Source: a virus
IMG/VR virus record: IMGVR_UViG_2881341136_000002
Span: 1,733 to 65,732 of that record
Strand: one strand, 5' to 3'
DNA length: 64,000 bases
Made by a program: the position numbers and the translations under genes. The first letter of the stretch is position 1. Each line of letters opens with the position of its first letter. The notes beneath the pieces were generated by a model. It ran no database searches. It had not been told where the DNA came from and saw only the letters and a program-made list of their open reading frames with translations. Below are positions 44,660-53,378 of the stretch, in pieces.

Positions 44660-44681
44660 CCATTACATCCTTGCTGCTTCG

Positions 44682-45098
44682 CTACTTCTTGCCTTCGTGA
44701 TAGTCCCTGCCCGCTACGCGCTGGCCGCTACCCGTTACGTTTATCGATCCTGCTGTTGCAGAACTACCCGCCGTCAATGCAGCTAAAGCAGCGGCTTTTA
44801 TCGCCAGTGGCGCAGCACGATAGATTTTGATTAGCTCTAATTCGTCATTAGAAATGTCACCAAGGTCAGGGGTTCTTTTTCCCGTGAGGATATACAAAGT
44901 ATCCATGCCGTAATTTTCACTAAGAAAAGCAAGCGTTGCACCATCAGGCGCAGTTTCGCCACGCTCGTATTTTCCCCAAGTCCTTGTTGTCGTGCCTAAT
45001 TCTTCAGCAATTGCACTCTGACTTTTACCAATCGTTTCCCGCTCTTCGCGCAAACGCCCACCAATAAGGAATAAAAATTCCTCTTTCGAAGTTGACAT
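44682..45098 (-). CDS. XRE-family immunity repressor
   Basis: GGRLREERETIGKSQSAIAEELGTTTRTWGKYERG HTH; divergent from early operon. Confidence 0.85.
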   Translation of the reverse strand: MSTSKEEFLFLIGGRLREERETIGKSQSAIAEELGTTTRTWGKYERGETAPDGATLAFLSENYGMDTLYILTGKRTPDLGDISNDELELIKIYRAAPLAIKAAALAALTAGSSATAGSINVTGSGQRVAGRDYHEGKK

Positions 45099-45158
45099 AG
45101 GAAGTTTTCTTCACTAGATTGTGTTGAACAGGAACTTAGTGGATCACAACATATCACT

Positions 45159-45353
45159 ATGACACAAGAAAATCATGATCAGAGATCGCGTTTACCGCGT
45201 GGTATCGCGTCCAAAAACCCTACCCCAATGCGCTTATCAGACGATGAGCGCGACAAGTTAGCGGCATTGGCAGCACAAGAAAGTCGCTCACTTTCAAGCA
45301 TGGCCCGTCTGGTGTTTCTGCGGGGGCTGGAATCTTTTAACGCACAAGGATAG
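45159..45353 (+). CDS. Ribbon-helix-helix-like regulator
   Basis: PMRLSDDERDKLAALAAQESRSLSSMARL pattern. Confidence 0.7.
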   Translation: MTQENHDQRSRLPRGIASKNPTPMRLSDDERDKLAALAAQESRSLSSMARLVFLRGLESFNAQG

Positions 45354-45364
45354 TAGGTGGTGAA

Positions 45365-45577
45365 ATGGCTAAGGCATTAAACATTAATATCACCGTCCCT
45401 ACCCCATATGTTTCATTAAAAACATATTCAGAAATGACGGGTATTCCATTGCGTACCTGCGAAGGAATGGTTTCTGACGGAAGGATTATCATTCGTCCCA
45501 AAAAGGCGCGAATGGAGAAAGTCGAGGTTAATTTAATCGCCATGCTTCGGGATGCGATAACCAATAGCGAAATTTAA
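45365..45577 (+). CDS. Cox/Apl-like regulator-excisionase
   Basis: PYVSLKTYSEMTGIP...VEVNLIA. Confidence 0.8.
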   Translation: MAKALNINITVPTPYVSLKTYSEMTGIPLRTCEGMVSDGRIIIRPKKARMEKVEVNLIAMLRDAITNSEI

Positions 45578-45579
45578 TC

Positions 45580-45810
45580 ATGGAAAAAAATCGGCTGGTA
45601 TTTTTAGGTATCGATCATGCATTAATTAAAGTCAGCGAACATACCAGCGTTTATCGCGGATTTTCTATTATTCGCTGTCCCAGAACAGCAACTAACCCAA
45701 TAACGCGTTATCGCGTAAGTCAGGGCGATCAATCATTCGGTATGTTTGATGCGCTGGGTCAAGCAACTTCTTATATTAACGAACTGCACGGCATGAGGAA
45801 TTCAGCATGA
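45580..45810 (+). CDS. P2-like early hypothetical protein
   Basis: Coupled ORF in early operon. Confidence 0.65.
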   Translation: MEKNRLVFLGIDHALIKVSEHTSVYRGFSIIRCPRTATNPITRYRVSQGDQSFGMFDALGQATSYINELHGMRNSA

Positions 45811-46007
45811 TTAGCACAGCGCGTTTATTAAAAGAAAAATCACCATCACCGCAGCAAGAAAATAAAGGCTGGCTGGAATTACCAAACGGCCAGCGTTTCC
45901 AGCCTACTCCCGCGCAGGCTTATTTTGCGCCGTGGAGCAAAAAGCCCCGTATGCTAGCGCCTAAAAAGCGCCGTTGGTTCGTGCGGTTAATAAATACCTT
46001 TGCGTAA
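45807..46007 (+). CDS. Fil-like early protein
   Basis: MISTARLLK.KSPSP..GWLELPNG.RF.P. Confidence 0.6.
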   Translation: MISTARLLKEKSPSPQQENKGWLELPNGQRFQPTPAQAYFAPWSKKPRMLAPKKRRWFVRLINTFA

Positions 46008-46019
46008 CGGTGATGACTA

Positions 46020-46306
46020 TGAACGGAATTAATCACAACCCAGCAATATGGCTGCAAGCTGCTGATGATGCCGCGAACAGTTTTTTATCTCAGCCTCCCG
46101 CGCAACGCGAGAGTGGTAATGATAACAGCTATTGCAAAATTAGCGTTTTGTCGTCACTGGAGGCGCTGGGCGATGCGGTTTATTACCTTAACTATCCGTT
46201 GTATCAGTTCATTAAGATCCACAGCAATCAGTGGTACAGCGAAGGCATGACACGCCAGCCGGAGTTTTCTGCCGCCTGGGCGGAATGGGTGCGTAATCAC
46301 GGCTGA
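46020..46306 (+). CDS. Early hypothetical protein
   Basis: ORF MNGINHNPAIW...; start approximate. Confidence 0.5.
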
Positions 46307-46351
46307 TGCCGAAACTATCCGCGTCATTCAAAGCCGAGAGAGGAAACAGTT

Positions 46352-46555
46352 ATGACTGAAAGTCAGTTGTGCTATGTGCTAGGAAGAATAATCCCCGAAA
46401 TGTGTGAACGCGGTTTTTCAATAAAAACAGCTAACGGGGAATTGTCTCTTGATGGTGAATCAGAAGCACAAAAACAATTTATTTCTCAATTAAAAAGCGA
46501 GTTTGAAAAACGATTGATTGAAATCAGCCGAAATAAGAGATACGGCGTTTTTTAA
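46352..46555 (+). CDS. Early hypothetical protein
   Basis: ORF with GAGAGG RBS. Confidence 0.6.
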   Translation: MTESQLCYVLGRIIPEMCERGFSIKTANGELSLDGESEAQKQFISQLKSEFEKRLIEISRNKRYGVF

Positions 46556-46633
46556 TTTCAAATAACCACTTCGTAAATTAATTAAAGGCGTAAATCCGCC
46601 GAGCTTTCTATTACCTAAAAAAAGGAAATCACG

Positions 46634-46867
46634 ATGAGAAATGCAGAAGTTAAACAAATGCAAGTGGCTAGTGATAACGCGCTTGTTGAGTTGCTGAACA
46701 AGGCACGCCAGGAAGAAAGAAAAGACCAGCATTTAGGGTTTTCCTTGCGTCTGGCCGCGCTGTCTATCCACGCGCAGAAAAAAGAGTTTTCCGCCGCAGA
46801 GGTTATCGAGCTGCTGCGCAAAGAGGCAGAACGCTTCGAGCACTCAGCACAGGAGATCATTGCATGA
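46634..46867 (+). CDS. DUF2732-like protein
   Basis: LLNKARQEERK...AAEVIELLRKEAE. Confidence 0.75.
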   Translation: MRNAEVKQMQVASDNALVELLNKARQEERKDQHLGFSLRLAALSIHAQKKEFSAAEVIELLRKEAERFEHSAQEIIA

Positions 46868-47763
46868 ACAACGTCATGATTGATATTGAAGCGCTGGGGA
46901 AAAAGGCTAATGCCCCAATCGGATCCATCGGTGCGGTGTTCTTCAACCCCCAAACCGGCGAACTGGGCGAAAAGTTCTATTGCCGTGTCGATTTTGAAAA
47001 CGACATGCTCAATGGTGCTGTACCAGACGGCGACACAATCAAGTGGTGGTTGCGTCAGTCATCAGACGCCCGTGCCGAATTAATTAGTGATGATGCTACC
47101 CCGATTTGGGGCGCACTCAGCGCATTTAGCGACTGGCTGACAGATCACGCTGAAAGCCTAGGAACATTGCATGTGTGGGCGAATAGCCCGTCGTTTGATT
47201 GCACCATCCTGAAAACAGCGTTTGAGCGAACGGATATTGACGTTCCGTGGAATTACTGGAATGAGCTTGACGTTAGAACGATGAAGGAAGTCGGGTTCGC
47301 CATCATGAATATGACCCCCTTTCTTGGTACGGCAGAAACCATCGGAGTTAAGCATAACGCGCTGGATGATGCGATCAGCCAGGTCGCGTTGGTTTCTGCG
47401 GTTATGTCTCGGTTGGCCGGTAATAAACAGGAGCAATTAAGCGGCTGCGACTGGATTGATTGGAACGAATTAAGTAAGCGAGGGCTATTAGTCCGGATTA
47501 ATCAGGAAATTATGCACCCACTTGGCCTCGCTGTTTTTCGTGATCAGGAAACGGGGGGATCAGGCGGTGCATTAATTTCCCCTGATGGCAAATGGGAGTA
47601 CAGCAAAAATCTACATGAGCCATTAAGCAATCTGATATTCAGTGAGATTGCTGATTTCTTCGCTGGCTTAGAACAGCCCAATGCGCCACGTTCAGCCGCC
47701 GATATGCAAAAGGCGCTACTTTGTCGCTTAGAGCAGGTGATAAACGCGAGGGTGCCGAAATGA
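46864..47763 (+). CDS. DEDD 3'-5' exonuclease with extra C-terminal domain
   Basis: VMIDIEALG, TIKWW, NSPSFD, LDVRT, HNALDDA. Confidence 0.85.
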   Translation: MNNVMIDIEALGKKANAPIGSIGAVFFNPQTGELGEKFYCRVDFENDMLNGAVPDGDTIKWWLRQSSDARAELISDDATPIWGALSAFSDWLTDHAESLGTLHVWANSPSFDCTILKTAFERTDIDVPWNYWNELDVRTMKEVGFAIMNMTPFLGTAETIGVKHNALDDAISQVALVSAVMSRLAGNKQEQLSGCDWIDWNELSKRGLLVRINQEIMHPLGLAVFRDQETGGSGGALISPDGKWEYSKNLHEPLSNLIFSEIADFFAGLEQPNAPRSAADMQKALLCRLEQVINARVPK

Positions 47764-48602
47764 TCCGCCCGTTCATCAAATGGGCGGGGGGTAAAACCCG
47801 CGTCCTGCCGAATTTGTTGCCGCTTCTTCCAAAGGGTGACCGGCTGTTTGAACCCTTTGTCGGTGGCGCGTCGGTTTTCCTGAATACCGACTTTCCCCGT
47901 TATGTGCTGGCTGATATTAACGCCGATCTGATTAATACATATCAGATGGCTAAGAATGCTACTCAGGCATTTATCAGTACTGCGAAAGAGTTATTCAAAA
48001 ACGGTAATGGCTCGGCTGAGTATTATCGCAATCGAAACACATTCAACGCTATACATGACGATGAGCGACTGTTAAAGGCTGCTTTATTCCTGTACCTGAA
48101 TCGCCATTGCTTTAACGGTATTTGCCGATATAACAACGCTGGTTTTTTTAATGTCCCATTCGGGAACTATAAAAAACCTTATTTCCCAGAAGCAGAGATA
48201 AGGCTATTTGCAGAGAAAGCAAATGACACCACAACCTGCTTTATTGCGGAAGACTTCCGAAAAGTGCTGGCCGCGAAAGCGATAAACGAAAACAGTGTTA
48301 TTTATTGCGACCCGCCTTACCTGCCAGCCAGCGATACGGCCAATTTTACGCAATACCACCATTCTGCATTTACCCGCGAACATCACCACGATTTGGCAGG
48401 GGTGCTCCTGAACCTAAACCGTTCACGCGGTGTGCCTGTCGTTATCTCAAATAGCGACACTCCCGCCACTCGCGAGATTTACCAACATTATCAGTTTCAT
48501 GAAGTCGCGGTTCAGCGATCTATCAGCGCAAACGGAATCACGCGCGGTGCTGCAAAAGAAGTGATCGGCGTGCTGAAGGCAGGGAGATTGCGCAATGCCT
48601 AA
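47760..48602 (+). CDS. dam: DNA adenine methyltransferase (start at MIRPF)
   Basis: KWAGGK, EPFVGGASV, YCDPPY. Confidence 0.92.
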   Translation: MIRPFIKWAGGKTRVLPNLLPLLPKGDRLFEPFVGGASVFLNTDFPRYVLADINADLINTYQMAKNATQAFISTAKELFKNGNGSAEYYRNRNTFNAIHDDERLLKAALFLYLNRHCFNGICRYNNAGFFNVPFGNYKKPYFPEAEIRLFAEKANDTTTCFIAEDFRKVLAAKAINENSVIYCDPPYLPASDTANFTQYHHSAFTREHHHDLAGVLLNLNRSRGVPVVISNSDTPATREIYQHYQFHEVAVQRSISANGITRGAAKEVIGVLKAGRLRNA

Positions 48603-48861
48603 CCCTATCGTTATTGGTGTAGATGAGGGTTGTGGCGCAGATACAACGATTTATGCAGTAGTTGAGAGCGTGTTGGATCGTTGGAAAATGCACGATTTTT
48701 GGATTGTTAGCTTTATAGCCTTCGATGTCTATAGCGGAGACTCTGTCCATAATCAATTTTTCTTTGATACGGCGAGAGAGGCGTACAAATTCAAGGCGGG
48801 GCGTGCAGTCACATGGCGGTATGACGTTATCGATTGTGATGATGATGAGTTGCCGTTCTGA
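48595..48861 (+). CDS. Hypothetical protein
   Basis: Coupled ORF before gene A. Confidence 0.55.
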   Translation: MPNPIVIGVDEGCGADTTIYAVVESVLDRWKMHDFWIVSFIAFDVYSGDSVHNQFFFDTAREAYKFKAGRAVTWRYDVIDCDDDELPF

Positions 48862-51377
48862 TGGTTGCATATTCTGAACAGTGGGCCTATCCGTGGAATG
48901 CACCACGTCCAGCGATCTCCATACCACAGGGGATCGCTGACTCATTTCTCCCTTCTGCCACAAATACCATCAAGCCACACCCAGCCGTCGAACAGCATCT
49001 TAAGCGGCTGGTATCGCGCGCCGCTTTCTCCGATCTTGATTTCGATCAGGCCGTCGCGCGGCTGGACTATTTCGAGCCTAATGCAACGTTACTGACGATG
49101 CGCCGCCAGTTCGCTGAGGCTGAGAGGGACGAGCATCAAGCGGCATTGCATAACTGGATGGAAACACCGGAAGGTGTTGAGGGGCGCTTGCTGGAACAGC
49201 CGTTTTTTATCCGTGATACATACAGGAAAAAAATAGAATGGCTGCGCGCGAACCGCGAAGTGAGACACGTCAGCGCCTTTTTCATGGGAACCGTGAAAAA
49301 AGCCCTGCTGCGTCTTGATGCTGTGCGTGCCAAGCAAGGTGTGCGCGATGGTTTTACGTCAGAACTGGCAAGCTACTGGCGCGCACGCTGGCAGCATTTA
49401 GCAGAGTTTACGAAACATGAAGCGATCAACGCCGGTCATGCTATTGCGGCCAGCATCGCGGAAATGTTTGAAACCGAATGCGGCAACACCTTGCCCGCCG
49501 ATATGACCAACGACGAGATTCAGGCGCTTTTCTGGCATTTAGGCCGTGAAATGCTACCGCTACGCGTAACGCCGCCATGCTGGGGCGTGATCATTGGCGA
49601 TAACGAATCAAAAAAACGTATTTGCTCCGCCATTCTGCGCATCATAAGCCCCGAATGGTGGGGGCGTAAGTTATGGCGTTTGCGCTGCGAATGGCGAGAA
49701 AACCAGTTCCGCGCCATTGGTGTGATCCATAAAAAACGGATGCCTTACGTCAGTATTGATGCGCTGAATCAGTGGCAGGAGCAACGCCGGAAAAACCGCG
49801 AATTCTTTAAGGCGCATGAGCTGGTCGATGAAGACGGTAACGTCGCATCGTTGGAAAACATGGTATACGCCAGCGTCAGCAATCCAGTTATTCGCCGTCA
49901 CGAACTCATGACACGCATGGCAGGCGTTGAAATGGTTGCCATATCGCGTAGTGATGAGGGCGTTTTTCTTACTATCACCTGCCCGTCACGCTATCACGCC
50001 ACCATTCAGAGCGGTCATCAAAATCCCAAATGGGATACGTCATCCCCCCGGCAGGGACAGCGCTATCTATGTAAGACATGGGCTAAAGCCATGTCGAAAC
50101 TGAACCGGCGCGGCCTGCGCCCGTATGGCTTTCGTGTCGCAGAGCCGCACCACGACGCTACGCCACACTGGCACGTATTGCTATTCATGCCGCCAGAAGA
50201 CCGGAAAGAAATCACTGAAATTCTGCGTGAATACTTCATCGCTGTAGACCGTGCCGAGCTGGGACGTAATACCGGCGCACGCTTTAAAGCGAAGCGTCTT
50301 GATCCCAAGAAAGGCAGCGCTACGGCATACGTCGCGAAATATATCAGTAAAAACATTGATGGTTACGCGTTGGATGGAGAATTGGACGGTGAAACCGGAA
50401 AGCCTCTGCGCGAAACCGCAAAGTTTGCGATGGCCTGGGCGTCTCAACATAACATCCGGCAGTTTCAGCCGTTCGGCCTGCCGCCGGTCACTGTCTGGCG
50501 CGAGCTGCGCAAGCTGGCGAATCAGCTTACCGCAGTACAGAAAGAAGCCGGAACCTTCAAGCGCGGCGCTTCTCAGTTAGCCGATCCGGCAATGGATGCC
50601 GTGCTGGCCTCTGCGGACGCAGGCTGCTTCGCTACTTACATTGAGAAACAAGGCGGCGTGCTGATCCCGCGTGAGCTTTACACCGTGCGCATAGCGTATG
50701 AGGAAGCTGACGAGCAAAACGACTACGGCGAGACACCGAAAAAAATCTTTGGCGTTTTCTCCCCGCGTCTGGGTGAGCTATCGCGCATCTGTACCCGTCT
50801 CGTTAAGTGGAAAATCCGCAAAAAACAGGCCGCAGACGCAGGCGCTAATGATAGCGTTGGGAATGGTTTAGCTGTTACGTCGCCCACCGGCGACGCTTGG
50901 AGTTCTGTCAATAACTCTACGGGCGACGAAAAAGTAAGCATTTCCGAACCCGCCGATAGAGAGATTGGCAGTACGTCAGAGCCAGAAATTACCGACTTTG
51001 AGCACATGACCGACACGGAACGGCGTGGATTGCTCAACCGCCTTAGATCGCAGCCGCCGGATCGGCGACATAAAGAACACTCGTCCACAACTCAGCCCTA
51101 TAAAGAGAATGAAAAACAGACTGTTAGTAAACGGTCGGACGAGTGGCGCGCCAGCGTTGCTGATTTCGCCCACTCGATGGGCTGGGATATCAGCGCCGGT
51201 GAGTTGCGGCGGCTGGAAACAGGTAATGCGATAACACTCGCGGGTTATTCCTACGTTGCCAGCTCTGATGGTTGTCTGTATCGAACGCCGACGAGTAAGA
51301 AAAAAGACGCGGAATATCAGGATAGGGCGGCAGCACTGCTGCAACGTATTGCAGTGTTAGCAAATAGGAAAATTTAA
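48861..51377 (+). CDS. A: Rolling-circle replication protein A
   Basis: EPHHDATPHWH HUH motif; YVAKYISKNIDG tyrosines; NIRQFQ. Confidence 0.95.
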   Translation: MVAYSEQWAYPWNAPRPAISIPQGIADSFLPSATNTIKPHPAVEQHLKRLVSRAAFSDLDFDQAVARLDYFEPNATLLTMRRQFAEAERDEHQAALHNWMETPEGVEGRLLEQPFFIRDTYRKKIEWLRANREVRHVSAFFMGTVKKALLRLDAVRAKQGVRDGFTSELASYWRARWQHLAEFTKHEAINAGHAIAASIAEMFETECGNTLPADMTNDEIQALFWHLGREMLPLRVTPPCWGVIIGDNESKKRICSAILRIISPEWWGRKLWRLRCEWRENQFRAIGVIHKKRMPYVSIDALNQWQEQRRKNREFFKAHELVDEDGNVASLENMVYASVSNPVIRRHELMTRMAGVEMVAISRSDEGVFLTITCPSRYHATIQSGHQNPKWDTSSPRQGQRYLCKTWAKAMSKLNRRGLRPYGFRVAEPHHDATPHWHVLLFMPPEDRKEITEILREYFIAVDRAELGRNTGARFKAKRLDPKKGSATAYVAKYISKNIDGYALDGELDGETGKPLRETAKFAMAWASQHNIRQFQPFGLPPVTVWRELRKLANQLTAVQKEAGTFKRGASQLADPAMDAVLASADAGCFATYIEKQGGVLIPRELYTVRIAYEEADEQNDYGETPKKIFGVFSPRLGELSRICTRLVKWKIRKKQAADAGANDSVGNGLAVTSPTGDAWSSVNNSTGDEKVSISEPADREIGSTSEPEITDFEHMTDTERRGLLNRLRSQPPDRRHKEHSSTTQPYKENEKQTVSKRSDEWRASVADFAHSMGWDISAGELRRLETGNAITLAGYSYVASSDGCLYRTPTSKKKDAEYQDRAAALLQRIAVLANRKI
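50895..50918 (+). other. P2-type replication origin/nick site inside gene A
   Basis: GCTTGGAGTTCTGTCAATAACT resembles the P2 ori as recalled (CCTCG^GAGTCCTGTCAATAACT). Confidence 0.7.
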
Positions 51378-51514
51378 GAAACTGTCACTTCCAAAGCTAA
51401 AATTTTCAGATTTACTACGAATAAATGCATATCGATAATGGTAAAAGCAGCCTCTACTAAAAGGGGAAGCTCAAGCCGTCAAAATATAAAACGTTATTAT
51501 CTGGATAAAATAAA

Positions 51515-51922
51515 ATGCATATCAAAGAGTTAGATTTAGAAGAGCATATTAGTAAGAAGAAAGGTGCAACTGTACAACTGCAAAAAGCAGCCGAAGATGC
51601 TGGCTTTGTAACCCTCCCCTATAAGCAGCATGAGATAGATAAGGCTATTTTCGTATTAGAGTTCACTGAAATAAAAGATCTTTCTGAGATCGATGAATTC
51701 ATTAATCAGAATATTTCCGCTATCAAAAACTTTTTTGCAAAAATTGTAGAACTTGACGCTGGCTATTCGATATGGGAAACACCACTACCCTATTTGTATC
51801 AATTAGTTAGCATACTTAGAAAACCTTCTCTTTTAAATAAATACATAGAATTAACGTCTCCAAGTGAGCGCATAGGAAAAATTATAGAAATTGCCATAAC
51901 TGATTATCAGTCCAATCACTAA
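51515..51922 (+). CDS. AT-rich hypothetical protein in the A-Q accessory locus
   Basis: 135-aa ORF between A and cos. Confidence 0.6.
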   Translation: MHIKELDLEEHISKKKGATVQLQKAAEDAGFVTLPYKQHEIDKAIFVLEFTEIKDLSEIDEFINQNISAIKNFFAKIVELDAGYSIWETPLPYLYQLVSILRKPSLLNKYIELTSPSERIGKIIEIAITDYQSNH

Positions 51923-52060
51923 GTTATGTCTTCTGTGTGTGCACAACCCCGCACACCAATGCACAATTTTTTTGATGCTACTACCCCCTACCCGCGCCAG
52001 TTCTGGCGCGGGTTTGTCCCTGCTGCACAACTGCACAAAAACGCACTATTTTCGTGTGCG

Positions 52061-52079
52061 GGCGTGGCGGGGGAACCCT
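52061..52079. other. cos site
   Basis: GGCGTGGCGGGGGAACCCT matches the phage 186 cohesive end as recalled (GGCGTGGCGGGGAAAGCAT) at 16/19. Confidence 0.78.
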
Positions 52080-52308
52080 CGCGCGCTGAGGGGGATAAGA
52101 GGGGTATGCTGGTTCATATGCTGCTGCATCCTCATCACGTCGCTATTGCGCTGTATCGATCTCGGTCAATCTTGGCGTCGTTCGGTTATTGCGATGCTCA
52201 AAATGGCATTCAGGCGCTTTTACGCAGACATGAAAAAACCGGGCAACCTTGCGGCTGTCCGGTCTGCTGTTTGATAGCTAGTTGAGTGGTTTTGAATGAC
52301 TTTCTCGG

Positions 52309-53376
52309 TTACATTGCACCTTCGGCCAGAGCATAAGGCTTGAACCGAAGTACCTCGATCCCTAACCAGTCGTTAAGCTCTTTCAGGCTTTCCATTATCG
52401 GCATGAGTTCGTTGATGGCGAACACCTTAGCGGCTTTTTCCACGTCACCAAATCCCCCTGCATTGTTCGGCATAATCCCCATTAAGTTAGGCGGTACACG
52501 GTGCGCGGCTAACATATCGTCACGGGTTGCATCCTTGATGCCGGTAAACTCATCTTTGGCCGCAATCTGGCTGAACGGCAGGATTTGCAGGCCGTCTTTC
52601 TTCCCGCCTGCCGCGTAAACAAACAGGTTCTTAAATGCCCCGCCACCGCGTGCATCTTTCAGTGACTTCTTCAGTTGTTCGACGTCAGCATTGTTGGTGA
52701 TGGGATCCGTGAGGTAGACGATCACCCCTGCATGGCTACCGTTGATGTAGTAATTACGCCGGAACAACGTGGCTTCACCGTTCAGCATCGCTGATTGGAT
52801 CACCGCCATATATTCCGGTGTGCCGTATATCTCTTGGTGAATGCTGGGGCTTTTAACGTGGAACATGCTGCCTGGCTCGAATTCGTGATCGTTGGCGTAG
52901 TACGTCACAAACCAGTACTGATCCAGATCCTCCCCGCGTCGGGTGTACTTGGCGTGGGTGTGCTTTAGCTTCAGCGGTTGGCCGATGCGGTTCCTTCTCA
53001 GTTCCAAATAGGCATTACCGAATACCAACCAGTCGAGTACAAAGGCGCTGGCATCCTGCCGCGATAACAGCGGGTGCGGCTCGTAGCAGGACATGATGAC
53101 ATTGCGTTTGAACAGTATTGGTGACTGATGATGCACGGCAACGTCAAACATTCGCGCCAGACCGTAGGTGCTGATCGGTGGCTCATACCAACGGCCGTTT
53201 CTGGCGCACTCCATGCAGTCCAACAGGTCGCGTCTGTCCATGATGGGCTGTGCGTCGCCAAACGAAAAAGACTGTAGCGACTCAATCGGCTGTTGGGTCA
53301 ATTCCCCTGTTACGGGTGCCTGTGCGACTGGGGCTCGTAGATTGGCCGTGCGCGAGTACTGTTTCTTACGTGACAT
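52309..53376 (-). CDS. Q: Portal protein
   Basis: P2 gpQ motifs HQEIYGTPEY, DMLAAHRVPP, FGDVEKAA. Confidence 0.95.
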   Translation of the reverse strand: MSRKKQYSRTANLRAPVAQAPVTGELTQQPIESLQSFSFGDAQPIMDRRDLLDCMECARNGRWYEPPISTYGLARMFDVAVHHQSPILFKRNVIMSCYEPHPLLSRQDASAFVLDWLVFGNAYLELRRNRIGQPLKLKHTHAKYTRRGEDLDQYWFVTYYANDHEFEPGSMFHVKSPSIHQEIYGTPEYMAVIQSAMLNGEATLFRRNYYINGSHAGVIVYLTDPITNNADVEQLKKSLKDARGGGAFKNLFVYAAGGKKDGLQILPFSQIAAKDEFTGIKDATRDDMLAAHRVPPNLMGIMPNNAGGFGDVEKAAKVFAINELMPIMESLKELNDWLGIEVLRFKPYALAEGAM

Positions 53377-53378
53377 GG

